Shown: one piece after another, positions 1 to 10,109 of the stretch
Numbering within the stretch: the stretch's first letter is position 1
Layout: every line of letters starts with the position of its first letter
Assembly (NCBI GenBank): GCA_964499275.1
Contig: CAZCKO010000004.1
Coordinates: forward strand, 13,418-77,417
Length of the DNA: 64,000 nucleotides
Source: an uncultured Rhodospirillaceae bacterium
GTDB lineage: Bacteria; Pseudomonadota; Alphaproteobacteria; MPNO01; UBA2964
Direction: 5' to 3'
Position numbers and translations under genes: made by a program
Notes under the pieces: model-generated
Databases searched by the model: none
Seen by the model: only the letters and a program-made list of their open reading frames with translations
What the model was told of the DNA's origin: nothing

Positions 1-930
1 AACGCGGAGATCGGCAACATAGTCCGCAAAAGCATCTTGCATTGAGAATTTAGGTTCCCATCCAAGCATATCTTTGGCTCTACTGATATCAAGTGGTGCC
101 GCCCTGTTCGCTGGTGGACTTCCCGGAACTATGTCAACTCGGAGATCAGGTAATTGACCCGAAATAATTTCTACAAGTTCATCGAAAGAGGTTGTGACGG
201 GATAGGCGATGTTGAAAACATTTTCGGTTGGTGCATCAATAGTTGCGCAGACATCAATTGCCTCTCCGCAATCCTTTGCGTAGAGGTAGACAAAATCCAT
301 TGTTTGTTCTTCTGGGATTTTAGCTGGTTCACCAGTTATGCCTGCCATCACCAAATCCTGAACCTTTTGTCCACCACCAGACCCCCCCCAAAAATGTCCG
401 ACGCCGAACACATTCCCGAGCCTTAGCATGAAAAGGTCAAAACCCGCTTCTATGGCATAAGCTTCAATAATCATTTCTTGTGCGACTTTTGAGTTACTGT
501 ATGCCGTTCCCGTACCAAGAAGATCATCCTCAGCGATGGGTCCTTTCCCGACCTTTCGCCAATCATATGCGCCAAACGTACTGATGTGGACTACCCTCTT
601 AATACCTGTTAGCCGCGCAGCATCGGCCACAGCCTGCGTGCCCCCAACATTGAGTGAATATCCAAAATGAATTGGGTCATTCACTTTTTTACCGATTACT
701 GAGGCTGTATTTAATATTGTATCAACTTCATATTTGTTAATCGTTGCAATTAACCCCGGAAGACTTCTTACATCCTCATTTAAATAGGTATATTCAGCAT
801 TTCCTAACTTGCTACGAATAAAACCTTCTCGAGGAATGGGGTCAACAAAGACGACTTTTTCTCCCCTGCGAACGGCGTGTTGTCCATACGATGTGCCGAC
901 GAGGCCGGCTCCTGTGATTAAAGTGGTCAT
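1..930 (-). CDS. NAD-dependent epimerase/dehydratase family protein (C-terminus cut by window start)
   Basis: Reverse-strand translation from ATG at 928-930 reads MTTLITGAGLVGTSYGQHAVRRGEKVVFVDPIPREGF..., a Rossmann GxxGxxG N-terminus. The frame stays open to position 1. It is absent from the ORF track because no stop lies in the window. Confidence 0.7.
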   Translation of the reverse strand, partial: MTTLITGAGLVGTSYGQHAVRRGEKVVFVDPIPREGFIRSKLGNAEYTYLNEDVRSLPGLIATINKYEVDTILNTASVIGKKVNDPIHFGYSLNVGGTQAVADAARLTGIKRVVHISTFGAYDWRKVGKGPIAEDDLLGTGTAYSNSKVAQEMIIEAYAIEAGFDLFMLRLGNVFGVGHFWGGSGGGQKVQDLVMAGITGEPAKIPEEQTMDFVYLYAKDCGEAIDVCATIDAPTENVFNIAYPVTTSFDELVEIISGQLPDLRVDIVPGSPPANRAAPLDISRAKDMLGWEPKFSMQDAFADYVADLRV

Positions 931-982
931 GGTTCACTCCCTGATATTTTTTAATCTATAAATTTTCAACATTACTTATATT

Positions 983-1918
983 CTAATTTTTCTGAGATTT
1001 TTTTGCATTTTCTGTTTTCAGGAGATAAAGGCTACTTCCAATTATAATAGCCGATCCACAATAACTCCACCAACCAGGCACCTCCGCAAACCAAATTATT
1101 CCTAACAAGAAGGCATATACTATCCTCATGTAATCAAATGGCATTACGAAGCTTGTATCACCAAGTCCAACGCCGTGAGTAAATAGCCCTTGTCCGACAA
1201 TCCCCAAAATTCCTGTTAAAGCCAAAAGTATGACTTCGGTCCAAGTCGGGGTTTGCCAAACAAAAATAGCAGGAATGAATGCCAATAGCGTTGTAAACAA
1301 AGCAAAGTAAAACATTATGGTGACGGTTTCTTCGGTTCGGCTTAGGAGCTTAATCGTTAGAACAACACCCGTCCCGAATATAGCTCCACCGAGGGCGACA
1401 AGGAACCAGGGGTCAAAACCCTCTCCAAAAGGCTTGGTTATTAGCAAAATTCCACAAAACCCAAAAAGAGTTACGAGCCCACGCCTAAACCCAATTACCT
1501 CGTTAAGGAACAGCGCCGCAATTATAATCATGATCAATGGGCGAGAGAACTGAATTGTCACGGTGTCGGCCAATGAAATATGGATTAAAGCGTAAAAGAA
1601 ACAAAGGTTCCCCATAAATCCGACAAAGCCGCGGGCTCCATGAAGATGAAGCTTAGACGTTTTTATGGTTTTTAGTCCTAATCGCCAGACCAAAGGGCAA
1701 ATGACAATTAATCCAGCAAGAAACCGAACGAACAAAACTTCGAAGGCTGGTAGAGTTTTTCCTAAATGTTTGACGAGGGCTGCCATCACAATCAAAAGAA
1801 AGGCCCCAACTACTACGAAACAGGCTCCTCTGATATTGGGTGAGACACGTACCCAACGAGTCAGAAAGGCATTTATTAGCGGTAACCCGGAATATTCAGT
1901 TGGAGGAGTGTCAGACAT
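983..1918 (-). CDS. EamA/DMT family transporter (10-TM permease)
   Basis: 311 aa, highly hydrophobic with about 10 predicted TM segments and two EamA-like halves. Paralogous to the tandem array downstream. Confidence 0.75.
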   Translation of the reverse strand: MSDTPPTEYSGLPLINAFLTRWVRVSPNIRGACFVVVGAFLLIVMAALVKHLGKTLPAFEVLFVRFLAGLIVICPLVWRLGLKTIKTSKLHLHGARGFVGFMGNLCFFYALIHISLADTVTIQFSRPLIMIIIAALFLNEVIGFRRGLVTLFGFCGILLITKPFGEGFDPWFLVALGGAIFGTGVVLTIKLLSRTEETVTIMFYFALFTTLLAFIPAIFVWQTPTWTEVILLALTGILGIVGQGLFTHGVGLGDTSFVMPFDYMRIVYAFLLGIIWFAEVPGWWSYCGSAIIIGSSLYLLKTENAKKSQKN

Positions 1919-2079
1919 TTTATTTTAATGTGCGCGTCACCTTTAAGGTTGTCAAATTAACCTGGAGATATTGCGAGCTTTAAGTTTAGTGCATACCGTA
2001 TAATCAAAAGATAGCTGATCTACAGTACTTGCTTTCTTTAGTGTGTCTTTTTCAGCTAAATTTAATTAAAAATGATTGA

Positions 2080-2883
2080 ATGGATGGAGCCATGGTTACC
2101 AAAGGAAAAATGGAAGATAAAACCGCATTAATCACAGGTGGTGGGGGCGCAATAGGTGGAGCATCAGCAAAATTATTGGCGGCCGAAGGTGCTCAAATTT
2201 TAGTTGCTGATGAACGTCTAGAAATGGCGGAAAATGTTGTCAGGGATATTAGGGATACCGGGGGAATTGCCAATGCAATTAAAATAGATGTATCCGACCC
2301 TGAGCAAGGAAAAGCCGCGGTTGATGCCGCTTTAACCACGTTTGGCGGGTTACATGTTCTCGTCAATGTCGCGGCGGCAGTGACACCCGATGCACCGGTG
2401 GATAAATTACCTCTTGAAGATTGGAATAAAGCATTTGCTGTAAACTTGACGGGCCCATTCCTAATGTCAAAATTTGCTATCCCGGAGATCAGGAAGGCTG
2501 GTGGGGGCACAATTATTAATATGGCTTCACAGCTTGGGACTATTGGCGTACCCGAACGTTCGGCATACTGCACAACTAAAGCGGCGCTCATCCATTTGAC
2601 TACTATTCTGGCGGCAGAGGTGGCAGAGGATAATATCCGGGTTAATTCTGTTTCTCCTGGAGTTATAGAAACTCCGCGGACACGAAGGCGCTTCGATACG
2701 TCCGAAGAGTTTCATCAATCGCGTGGAAAACTTCATATGTTAGGCCGTGTTGGTCAGCCCGAAGAAATAGCTAACGCTGTCTTGTTTTTAGCATCGGAAG
2801 AATCTTCTTTTATCACTGCAACAAACCTCCTTGTTGACGGCGGTTACATCTATTTGAAACGTCAACCAGGGGATAACGGTTGA
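2080..2883 (+). CDS. SDR family NAD(P)-dependent oxidoreductase
   Basis: TGGGGAIGGASA glycine-rich NAD(P)-binding motif. Catalytic-triad context ...S...YCTTKAA... (YxxxK). 267 aa, typical SDR length. Confidence 0.85.
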   Translation: MDGAMVTKGKMEDKTALITGGGGAIGGASAKLLAAEGAQILVADERLEMAENVVRDIRDTGGIANAIKIDVSDPEQGKAAVDAALTTFGGLHVLVNVAAAVTPDAPVDKLPLEDWNKAFAVNLTGPFLMSKFAIPEIRKAGGGTIINMASQLGTIGVPERSAYCTTKAALIHLTTILAAEVAEDNIRVNSVSPGVIETPRTRRRFDTSEEFHQSRGKLHMLGRVGQPEEIANAVLFLASEESSFITATNLLVDGGYIYLKRQPGDNG

Positions 2884-3042
2884 ATAAAAGGCTAAATTTG
2901 TAATTGACGCTGACAAAATGATCATCTTCTTATAACTTAATTGAGTAAGTTTTGTTGTCAGAATATAAACGTCGGTAAACTACAGTCAGTGAAAACCCTG
3001 TTGGGGACGAAGTGGCCCGATTTTTAAATTGGAAGAGTTGAT

Positions 3043-4065
3043 TTGACAGAAATAACGCGTGCGAATGGACATCGACTTGATGGAATTTTACCACTCGGTG
3101 AGCCGCCAATACCCGAACCACAACCCACTGATGATGATGTTTCGTTTGATCTGGAGGTTGGCCTTTCCTCGGTGCGTTCTCTAAAGTCTAAGGTGCCTCC
3201 CGATGCGCATAGTGCTCGAAACTTAGGTACAGAGAGAGAGGGGAACGCGGTCTTAATCGATGAAGACGGAACCCTTGTTACAATTGGTTACCTGATAACC
3301 GAAGCTACTGACGTTTTTATCGGTGGCCCTGATGGCAAGGAAGTGCCAGCACAGGTTGTGGGGTATGACCACCGGACTGGCTTTGGTCTGGTTCGTGTTG
3401 TGGAATCTCTTAATTTACAGCCTCTCAAAATTGCTACAAATGTTGATGATTTATTAACTGATAATAAAGTCATTATTGCAGCGGCTGGAGGCGTGCCGGC
3501 TTCAATTCTGGGAAAGGTGGAGGATCGTAGAGAATTTGCAGGATCATGGGAATACCTGCTGGACAAAGCAATATTTACATCGCCATTGCATCCAAGGTGG
3601 AGTGGGGGAGCGCTAATAGACCCTGTTAGAGGGCTTTTGGTGGGTGTTGGCTCGTTGTTTGTTCAAGACCCTGGCGGGACTAATAGTGAAAGCCAAGGAA
3701 ATATGTTTGTTCCAACAGACCTGCTGTCACCAATTTTTAAAGAGTTAGTCACCACGGGTCGCGCTAAATCGTTTTCAAAGCCATGGTTGGGAATGCAGAC
3801 TGCAGAGGCAATGGGCCATTTAGTTGTTTCTGGTGTTCACGGCGGGGGCCCCGCAGATAAGGCTGATATTCAGGTGGGGGATATTATTGAAGAGGTTGAA
3901 TCCCAGCTTGTTGATAGTTTATCAGATATGTACCGAAAATTTTGGGCAGTAGGGCCTGCAGGGGCAGATATAAGTTTACGGATAACTCGTGGATCGCACC
4001 AATTAGACATTGTCATTCGTTCTGGAGATCGTCACGATTATTTAAAAGTGCCGCGTCAGCATTGA
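3043..4065 (+). CDS. Trypsin-like (S1C/HtrA-like) serine peptidase with C-terminal PDZ domain; TTG start
   Basis: Protease-domain motifs (..WSGGALID.. serine box). A C-terminal PDZ-like segment GMQTAEAMGHLVVSGVHGGGPADKADIQVGDIIEEV. TTG start at 3043. Confidence 0.7.
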   Translation: MTEITRANGHRLDGILPLGEPPIPEPQPTDDDVSFDLEVGLSSVRSLKSKVPPDAHSARNLGTEREGNAVLIDEDGTLVTIGYLITEATDVFIGGPDGKEVPAQVVGYDHRTGFGLVRVVESLNLQPLKIATNVDDLLTDNKVIIAAAGGVPASILGKVEDRREFAGSWEYLLDKAIFTSPLHPRWSGGALIDPVRGLLVGVGSLFVQDPGGTNSESQGNMFVPTDLLSPIFKELVTTGRAKSFSKPWLGMQTAEAMGHLVVSGVHGGGPADKADIQVGDIIEEVESQLVDSLSDMYRKFWAVGPAGADISLRITRGSHQLDIVIRSGDRHDYLKVPRQH

Positions 4066-4077
4066 ACCGAAGATACC

Positions 4078-5217
4078 TTAGTTAGAAAAGGTTACTTTAT
4101 CTCCGTCGAGATTTATGTCCCACTCTGAAATAACATTACTATCTTCTTCGATTGACCGATATTTTTCACGAGTTTTACCAAATGCCTCGGGGGCCTCCAG
4201 TTGGGACAATGCCCAAATAGCCATCGCGCGCACTAACGGAGACTTATCATTTAATTTTAAATGTACGAGTGGTGTTAAGTTGCATAGCTTACTATTTCCG
4301 ATCGCAATTAAAACGTTTCGTATAAACCTGTCACGCCCTAAACGTTTTATGGGAGATCCGGAAAATAATGATCTAAAGGCAGCATCATTCAGCTGTACAA
4401 GGTCAGCAAGGTCCGGCCAGCGAAGCTCAATCCGAGATTCTAGGTCGAGTTCCTTAGTTTTAGAGGCAAATTTATTCCATGGACAAACAGCGAGGCAATC
4501 GTCACAGCCATATATACGATTGCCGATCGATTGTCGAAATTCTTTTGGTATGTGTCCTTTATGCTCGATTGTTAGGTAGGAAATACAGCGTCTTGCATCT
4601 AGCATATATTCGGAAGGAAAAGCGCTTGTTGGACAAACGGATAGGCAACGGGAGCAAGATCCACAATGGTCCTCGATTTGGTCTTCAGGTGACAGCGATA
4701 AATTTGTATAAATTTCCCCAAGAAACATCCAGGATCCAATGGTTTTAGATACTAGGTTCGTATGTTTACCCTGCCACCCTAATCCAGCTTTCGCTCCAAG
4801 AGGTTTTTCCATAACCGGTGCAGTATCAACAAATATCTTAACCTCACCATTATGTTGTTCAGTAATATAACGAGCTAGGACCCGAAGTTTCTTTTTAACA
4901 ACGTCATGATAATCGCGACCACGTGCGTAGACGGAAATTGAACCGCACTCGGGTTTTTCTAGAGTATCTAGTGGATTACCGTCTGGTCCATAATTCAGGC
5001 CAACTACGATAACACTTTTGGCTTCCGGCCAGAGGCCTGTTGGCTCCGAACGTTGCTCTACCCGCTGGCCTAACCAACCCATATCGCCATGATATCCCTT
5101 TAAAATAAAGTCCTTAAGGTCCTTTTGCGTGTTGGTGCTGAGTGAGGCAGGTGCAAAACCAATCGCGTCGAACCCGAGTGCGAGAGCATGCTTACGTATG
5201 GCATTAGTTAAAGTCAT
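4078..5217 (-). CDS. queG: tRNA epoxyqueuosine(34) reductase QueG
   Basis: Two 4Fe-4S ferredoxin motifs (CGSCSRCLSVCP, CDDCLAVCPWN). HEAT-like C-terminal region. About 380 aa, typical of QueG. Last gene of a que operon. Confidence 0.85.
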   Translation of the reverse strand: MTLTNAIRKHALALGFDAIGFAPASLSTNTQKDLKDFILKGYHGDMGWLGQRVEQRSEPTGLWPEAKSVIVVGLNYGPDGNPLDTLEKPECGSISVYARGRDYHDVVKKKLRVLARYITEQHNGEVKIFVDTAPVMEKPLGAKAGLGWQGKHTNLVSKTIGSWMFLGEIYTNLSLSPEDQIEDHCGSCSRCLSVCPTSAFPSEYMLDARRCISYLTIEHKGHIPKEFRQSIGNRIYGCDDCLAVCPWNKFASKTKELDLESRIELRWPDLADLVQLNDAAFRSLFSGSPIKRLGRDRFIRNVLIAIGNSKLCNLTPLVHLKLNDKSPLVRAMAIWALSQLEAPEAFGKTREKYRSIEEDSNVISEWDINLDGDKVTFSN

Positions 5218-5232
5218 TAGTCGTCGGGCGGA

Positions 5233-5697
5233 TTACCCGCGACCACGATAAGATGGTACATCTTGATCAGGTATCCAGAGTCCTGATGGTGGGGTGCCAC
5301 TTTGATAAAATACATCGATTGGTATTCCACCGCGCGGGTACCAATATCCACCAATACGTAGCCACTTTGGCGAAAGTAATTCCTCCAACTTTTTTCCTAT
5401 CCCGACGGTACAATCCTCGTGAAAGGCGCCGTGGTTCCGATATGAGCCAAGGTAGAGTTTCAAGGACTTGCTTTCGATGATCCAATCAGTAGGTGCATAA
5501 TCTATGATCAAGTGAGCAAAATCGGGTTGTCCGGTAATGGGACAAAGACTCGTGAATTCTGGGCAGGTGAAACGAATGAGATAGGTCTGACCAATTTGAG
5601 GGTTACCAACTCGTTCAAGCGTGGCTTGTTCAGGAGAAGCAGGCAGTGGAGTAGCATTTCCCAGTTGGGTTAGTATTTCGTCTTTGGTCTTTGTCAT
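5233..5697 (-). CDS. queF: NADPH-dependent 7-cyano-7-deazaguanine reductase QueF (type I)
   Basis: 154 aa. Carries the QueF motif [15 protein letters not shown] and the conserved Cys in [12 protein letters not shown]. Confidence 0.85.
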   Translation of the reverse strand: MTKTKDEILTQLGNATPLPASPEQATLERVGNPQIGQTYLIRFTCPEFTSLCPITGQPDFAHLIIDYAPTDWIIESKSLKLYLGSYRNHGAFHEDCTVGIGKKLEELLSPKWLRIGGYWYPRGGIPIDVFYQSGTPPSGLWIPDQDVPSYRGRG

Positions 5698-5713
5698 GAA
5701 AACTATCCATCCC

Positions 5714-6853
5714 TTAGTTTATTTCCGATATTATAGGCCCGGATTTCTGTTGTTCCTGGAATATTTCCACAAAGCTATCAAATGATTTTTTCTCAATTGC
5801 ATTTCTAATCTCAGCCATCAAGGTTTGATAGTAGTGCAGGTTATGAATCGTTAAAAGCATACCCGCCAGCATTTCACCTGCCTTAACAAGGTGGTTAAGG
5901 TATGCTCTGCTATACTTTTTGCAAACTCTACAACTACACTTAGCATCTAGAGGTCTGTCATCATCCGCATGCCTCGCATTTTTAAGATTTAATGAGCCCC
6001 CGTGAACATAGGCCTGACCAGTTCTTCCTGATCTTGTTGGAATTACGCAATCAAACATATCAATCCCCCGCTCTACGGCTCCTACAATATCCCCAGGTTT
6101 TCCGACCCCCATAAGATAATGAGGACGCAATTTGGGGAGTGCCGGTACCGTGTGGTTCAAAACATCAAACATCACATCCTGTGGCTCTCCAATTGCCAGA
6201 CCGCCAATGGCATAACCGTCAAATCCTGTTTCCACTAACTGAGCCACTGATTGCCGACGAAGTTCAGGGAAAATACTACCTTGGACAATACCAAACAAAC
6301 CGTACCCTGACCTTTCTTCGTATCTGTCCTTACTCCGTGCAGCCCAGCGCATTGAAAGTTCCATGGAATCGCGTGCTTTATCTTCAGTGACCGGCCATTC
6401 GGTACACTCGTCCAGAACCATCGTAATATCTGAGCCCAAAAGATTTTGAATTTCAATAGATCTCTCCGGTGTCAGCTCTATCCTCGCTCCGTCAATATGG
6501 GATTGGAACGTTACTCCCTTTTCTTCGATTGTTTTGCGATTTCGAAGTGAGAAAATCTGATATCCACCAGAATCTGTTAAAATAGGTTGATGCCAGTTCA
6601 TGAATTTATGCAAGCCACCGAGGCTTTCAATTCTCTCAGCAGTCGGACGTAGCATAAGGTGGTAGGTATTTCCGAGAATAATCTCTGCGCCGGTAGCCGC
6701 TACGTCTTCTGGCATTATGGCTTTTACCGTTCCAGCTGTACCGACAGGCATAAACGCTGGGGTATTTACCGAGCCGTGCGCAGTTCTCAAAAGTCCCCTG
6801 CGTGCTGAGCCATCGGTATTAAAGATTTCAAATTTGATACCATTCTCTGTCAT
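5714..6853 (-). CDS. tgt: Queuine tRNA-ribosyltransferase Tgt
   Basis: The N-terminus [23 protein letters not shown], the catalytic LGGLH..., the DCV motif and the Zn site CSCRVC...H are all typical of bacterial Tgt. 379 aa. Confidence 0.9.
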   Translation of the reverse strand: MTENGIKFEIFNTDGSARRGLLRTAHGSVNTPAFMPVGTAGTVKAIMPEDVAATGAEIILGNTYHLMLRPTAERIESLGGLHKFMNWHQPILTDSGGYQIFSLRNRKTIEEKGVTFQSHIDGARIELTPERSIEIQNLLGSDITMVLDECTEWPVTEDKARDSMELSMRWAARSKDRYEERSGYGLFGIVQGSIFPELRRQSVAQLVETGFDGYAIGGLAIGEPQDVMFDVLNHTVPALPKLRPHYLMGVGKPGDIVGAVERGIDMFDCVIPTRSGRTGQAYVHGGSLNLKNARHADDDRPLDAKCSCRVCKKYSRAYLNHLVKAGEMLAGMLLTIHNLHYYQTLMAEIRNAIEKKSFDSFVEIFQEQQKSGPIISEIN

Positions 6854-7881
6854 TGAAATTCACCGCGTTCTAGAAGGCAGGCATCGCCATAGGAATAAAA
6901 TCGATATTCATTTTCAATTGCGTGATTATATGCCGACTTGATTTTCTCTAGGCCGGAAAATGCGGAAACCAGCATAAAAAGTGTAGAACGAGGTAAATGA
7001 AAATTGGTAATTAGACGGTCAACAACCTGAAATTTATAGCCGGGTGTAATAAAAATATTTGTATCGCCTTCAAAAGATGCGAGTTCGCCATTTACCTTAG
7101 AGGCCGATTCAAGAAGTCGCAAAACCGTTGTGCCACAGGCTGTGATTCTACCACCTGCTCTGCGCGCTTCAATAATTCGTTCTACTGAAGTTTCATCGAG
7201 CTTTCCCCATTCGGAATGCATTTTGTGGTCATAGATATTTTGGACTTTCACAGGTAAAAATGTACCTGCCCCAACATGGAGAGTGACCTCTATTACTTCG
7301 ATACCTGCCAATTTAATCCTTTGAAGAAGTTCTTCTGTGAAATGAAGGCCGGCTGTCGGCGCTGCGACAGCTCCAGGATTTTTGGCATAAACCGTTTGAT
7401 AATTTTGATTATCAAACTTTCTTGTACCTTTCTTTCGATCAATATAGGGAGGCAAAGGCATTAAACCGTTTTTGGTTAATCCTTCAAAAAACGTTTGACC
7501 TGAAAAGTTAACCACAATTTCTCCTGCTTCCCTTTTTTCTATCACGGTTGCCAAAAAATTTGATGAGAATTTAATTATATCTCCTTCATGAAGTTTCCGC
7601 GCGGGTTTGGCAAAGGCACACCAGCTTTCATCGTTATTTATCTTATGCAATGTAATTTCTATGGACGTGTTATTACGAAGGCCGCGCAGGCGAGCGGGAA
7701 TGACTTTGGTGTTATTTAATACAAGGACGTCACCCGGGGACAATAATTTTGGCAAGTCACGGATTATCAAATCATCAAAATCTCTCGCTATGTGGAGTAG
7801 TCGGGCAGCGTCTCTCGGCGAGGAAGGTTCTTGGGCGATTAGCTCCCTGGGCAATTTAAAATCAAAGCAATCAGTTTTCAT
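6850..7881 (-). CDS. queA: S-adenosylmethionine:tRNA ribosyltransferase-isomerase QueA
   Basis: N-terminus [14 protein letters not shown] typical of QueA. 343 aa. 4-bp overlap with tgt start. Confidence 0.9.
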   Translation of the reverse strand: MKTDCFDFKLPRELIAQEPSSPRDAARLLHIARDFDDLIIRDLPKLLSPGDVLVLNNTKVIPARLRGLRNNTSIEITLHKINNDESWCAFAKPARKLHEGDIIKFSSNFLATVIEKREAGEIVVNFSGQTFFEGLTKNGLMPLPPYIDRKKGTRKFDNQNYQTVYAKNPGAVAAPTAGLHFTEELLQRIKLAGIEVIEVTLHVGAGTFLPVKVQNIYDHKMHSEWGKLDETSVERIIEARRAGGRITACGTTVLRLLESASKVNGELASFEGDTNIFITPGYKFQVVDRLITNFHLPRSTLFMLVSAFSGLEKIKSAYNHAIENEYRFYSYGDACLLERGEFQ

Positions 7882-7989
7882 GTTTGAAACAATACATTTA
7901 AAGACCAGACTTTTTTAGCAGGATTATGTGTAGGTGTGCTATCCACCATAAAAAGTGATATACAAAGTTTTTTCAAATACAATTGATGA

Positions 7990-8889
7990 ATGCCTAAAAT
8001 TAAATCTAGATTGGCGGTATTATTTGCGCCGCTACCTGATAGTGCCAAGGGCATTGGCCTTATGCTTGGCTCTGCTGCCTCAATTTCCGGGGCAAATGGG
8101 ACCGTACAATATCTTTCACAGGGTATCCATGTTTTTGAAATAGCGTTTTTTCGGCAACTTCTTGGCCTAATTCTAATGTCTGCGCTTTTCTTGCGGGGTG
8201 GATTACGGCCATTGTTTACGAAGAAAATTTGGTTACACATTTTACGCTCGATTTTGAATGTCGTGGCGATGCTAGCTTTTTTTTATGGTTTAAGCCTTGA
8301 ACCCTTGGCGAAGGTTGTGTCTTTAGGGCTTACCGCGCCGCTATTTGCGACATTAGGTGCTGTCATTTTTCTGCGTGAGAAAATGACAGCACATCGTTGG
8401 GTTGCACTAATTATCGGAGCCATTGGCGCTTTAATAATTCTTAGACCGGGTTTGCAGGTTGTCTCCCTTGGAGCTCTTATGGTCCTAATGTCAAATATGC
8501 TGTGGGCGATAGCTTTAGTGGTAATAAAAATTCTGACCCGTACTGATACATCGGTTACTGTGGCACTCTATGCCAGCCTGCTTCAGGCCCCAATTGCATT
8601 TATATTTGCTATATTTGTTTGGCAATGGCCGTCCATCGAACAGATTGGCTGGATGGTAATGGTGGCAATTTTAGGAACAATTTCACAATTAGCTCTAACT
8701 GAGTCCTTTCGCCATGCAGACGCCACACTGGTTCTGCCCGCAGATTTTACTAAGGTAATTTGGGCAAGTTTAATTGGATATTTTTTCTTTAACCAAGTTC
8801 CGGAAATCTGGGTAGGGCTGGGTGCTATCGTAATTTGCTCAGCCGTTTTTTATAATACCTATTCTGGTCCCCATAGTTCTTCTCCATAA
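7990..8889 (+). CDS. EamA/DMT family transporter
   Basis: Hydrophobic 10-TM protein with EamA repeat signatures (..IILRPG.., C-terminal ..PEIWVGLGAIVI..). Divergent from queA. The true start may be an internal Met. Confidence 0.7.
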   Translation: MPKIKSRLAVLFAPLPDSAKGIGLMLGSAASISGANGTVQYLSQGIHVFEIAFFRQLLGLILMSALFLRGGLRPLFTKKIWLHILRSILNVVAMLAFFYGLSLEPLAKVVSLGLTAPLFATLGAVIFLREKMTAHRWVALIIGAIGALIILRPGLQVVSLGALMVLMSNMLWAIALVVIKILTRTDTSVTVALYASLLQAPIAFIFAIFVWQWPSIEQIGWMVMVAILGTISQLALTESFRHADATLVLPADFTKVIWASLIGYFFFNQVPEIWVGLGAIVICSAVFYNTYSGPHSSSP

Positions 8890-9593
8890 CGATGTAGATT
8901 GTGGCCATTTTGGCGCAGCCATGATTTACCTTCATCGACCGTCGATGAAAGTGTTCGAACAATCTGCCAAAACTTTTTTGAATGGTTCATCTCTGCTAGG
9001 TGGGTCACTTCATGGCTAACAATGTAATCTAGAACATACTCAGGTGCCATGATTAGGCGCCAAGAAAAATTTAGAGCTCCTGAAGCAGAACAGCTACCCC
9101 AACGGCTCTTCGTATCTCGAATTGTAAGTCGACTATATGTTTTATCTAGTAGAGCGGATTTTTTTTTGGCCAACATCGTTATTTCACACCCGGCTTCGCG
9201 TTTATACCAGGTCGTTATAACCCGACTTAAAACATTTTTTGGAGCCCTCACTAGCAGGTTTTCGTCTTGGCGGTGCACGTCAGCTCCTTTTTCGCTGACA
9301 TGAATTATTTTGAGAGGCTTGTCAAATAGTGGTACCATTGCACCGTCCCTAAATGGAATTGGCTCGGAAAATTTACGGAGATGTTTTGCAACCCAGGTTG
9401 TTTTTTGTCTAAGAAACGAAATCCCTTTTTGTTCCTCTATGAACCTTGGCAAAACTAGTTCCGCCTGCCCTGTTTCGGGTAATATTCTAATTTTTAGCCG
9501 CCGAGCTCTGTTGCTACGCCTTATGCTAATTTTTGCGGTCTTTCCGTTTGGAAGGTCTAATGTTGTGCTATTTAGAATTAAAATTTTTACCAT
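8859..9593 (-). CDS. YgjP-like (DUF45/M48-like) zinc metallohydrolase
   Basis: HExxH-containing motif VSHEVTHLAEMNHSKKFW characteristic of the YgjP/DUF45 family. 244 aa. Confidence 0.7.
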   Translation of the reverse strand: MVKILILNSTTLDLPNGKTAKISIRRSNRARRLKIRILPETGQAELVLPRFIEEQKGISFLRQKTTWVAKHLRKFSEPIPFRDGAMVPLFDKPLKIIHVSEKGADVHRQDENLLVRAPKNVLSRVITTWYKREAGCEITMLAKKKSALLDKTYSRLTIRDTKSRWGSCSASGALNFSWRLIMAPEYVLDYIVSHEVTHLAEMNHSKKFWQIVRTLSSTVDEGKSWLRQNGHNLHRYGEELWGPE

Positions 9594-9620
9594 TTAAGAA
9601 TAAGTCCTGACCGGTGACGT

Positions 9621-10109
9621 ATGATGCAAGTTGATGATGTATTTGAAATGCCCGGCGCCTATGTCCTTTTGATAGAATTAGATGCAATATATTCAGACGA
9701 TATCGGTGCTCTCGGCAATGTCAAATTATCTGCTGGCTATTATCTTTATTTTGGTAGTGCTCGAGGTAAGGGTGGCATGGCCGGGAGAGTTAGACGGCAT
9801 CTCAAAATTAATAAGAAGCGATATTGGCACGTTGACTGGCTAACATTCGTTGGTTCCGTAAAAAAAGTAATGCTGGTTCCTGGAGGTGTGGAATGCCAGC
9901 TGCGGAAAAAGGCGGCGGCTTTGTCAGGGCTGACCGTCCCTATATTAGGTTTTGGCAGTAGTGATTGTAACCAGTGTCCGGCGCATCTTTTAGGTGTAAA
10001 GGGAAATGGATTAACCACTCTGGAGGAGCTAAGACTAACTGTGTCTGGTCATAGTTATTCGGCCACCTCTTTTTCCTCTACTACATCAGCGCAGCCCTCC
10101 ACCGTTTGA
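9621..10109 (+). CDS. DUF123 (GIY-YIG nuclease superfamily-like) domain protein
   Basis: PGAYVLLIEL...AGYYLYFGSARGKGGMAGRVRRHLKINKKRYWHVDWL matches the conserved DUF123 core. The 3' end overlaps the convergent gene by 55 nt. Confidence 0.55.
   Translation: MMQVDDVFEMPGAYVLLIELDAIYSDDIGALGNVKLSAGYYLYFGSARGKGGMAGRVRRHLKINKKRYWHVDWLTFVGSVKKVMLVPGGVECQLRKKAAALSGLTVPILGFGSSDCNQCPAHLLGVKGNGLTTLEELRLTVSGHSYSATSFSSTTSAQPSTV

Noticed and set aside
154-426. 90-aa + strand ORF at the start of the window
   Set aside because: It lies entirely antisense within the well-supported NAD-dependent epimerase gene (1..930, - strand); shadow ORF.
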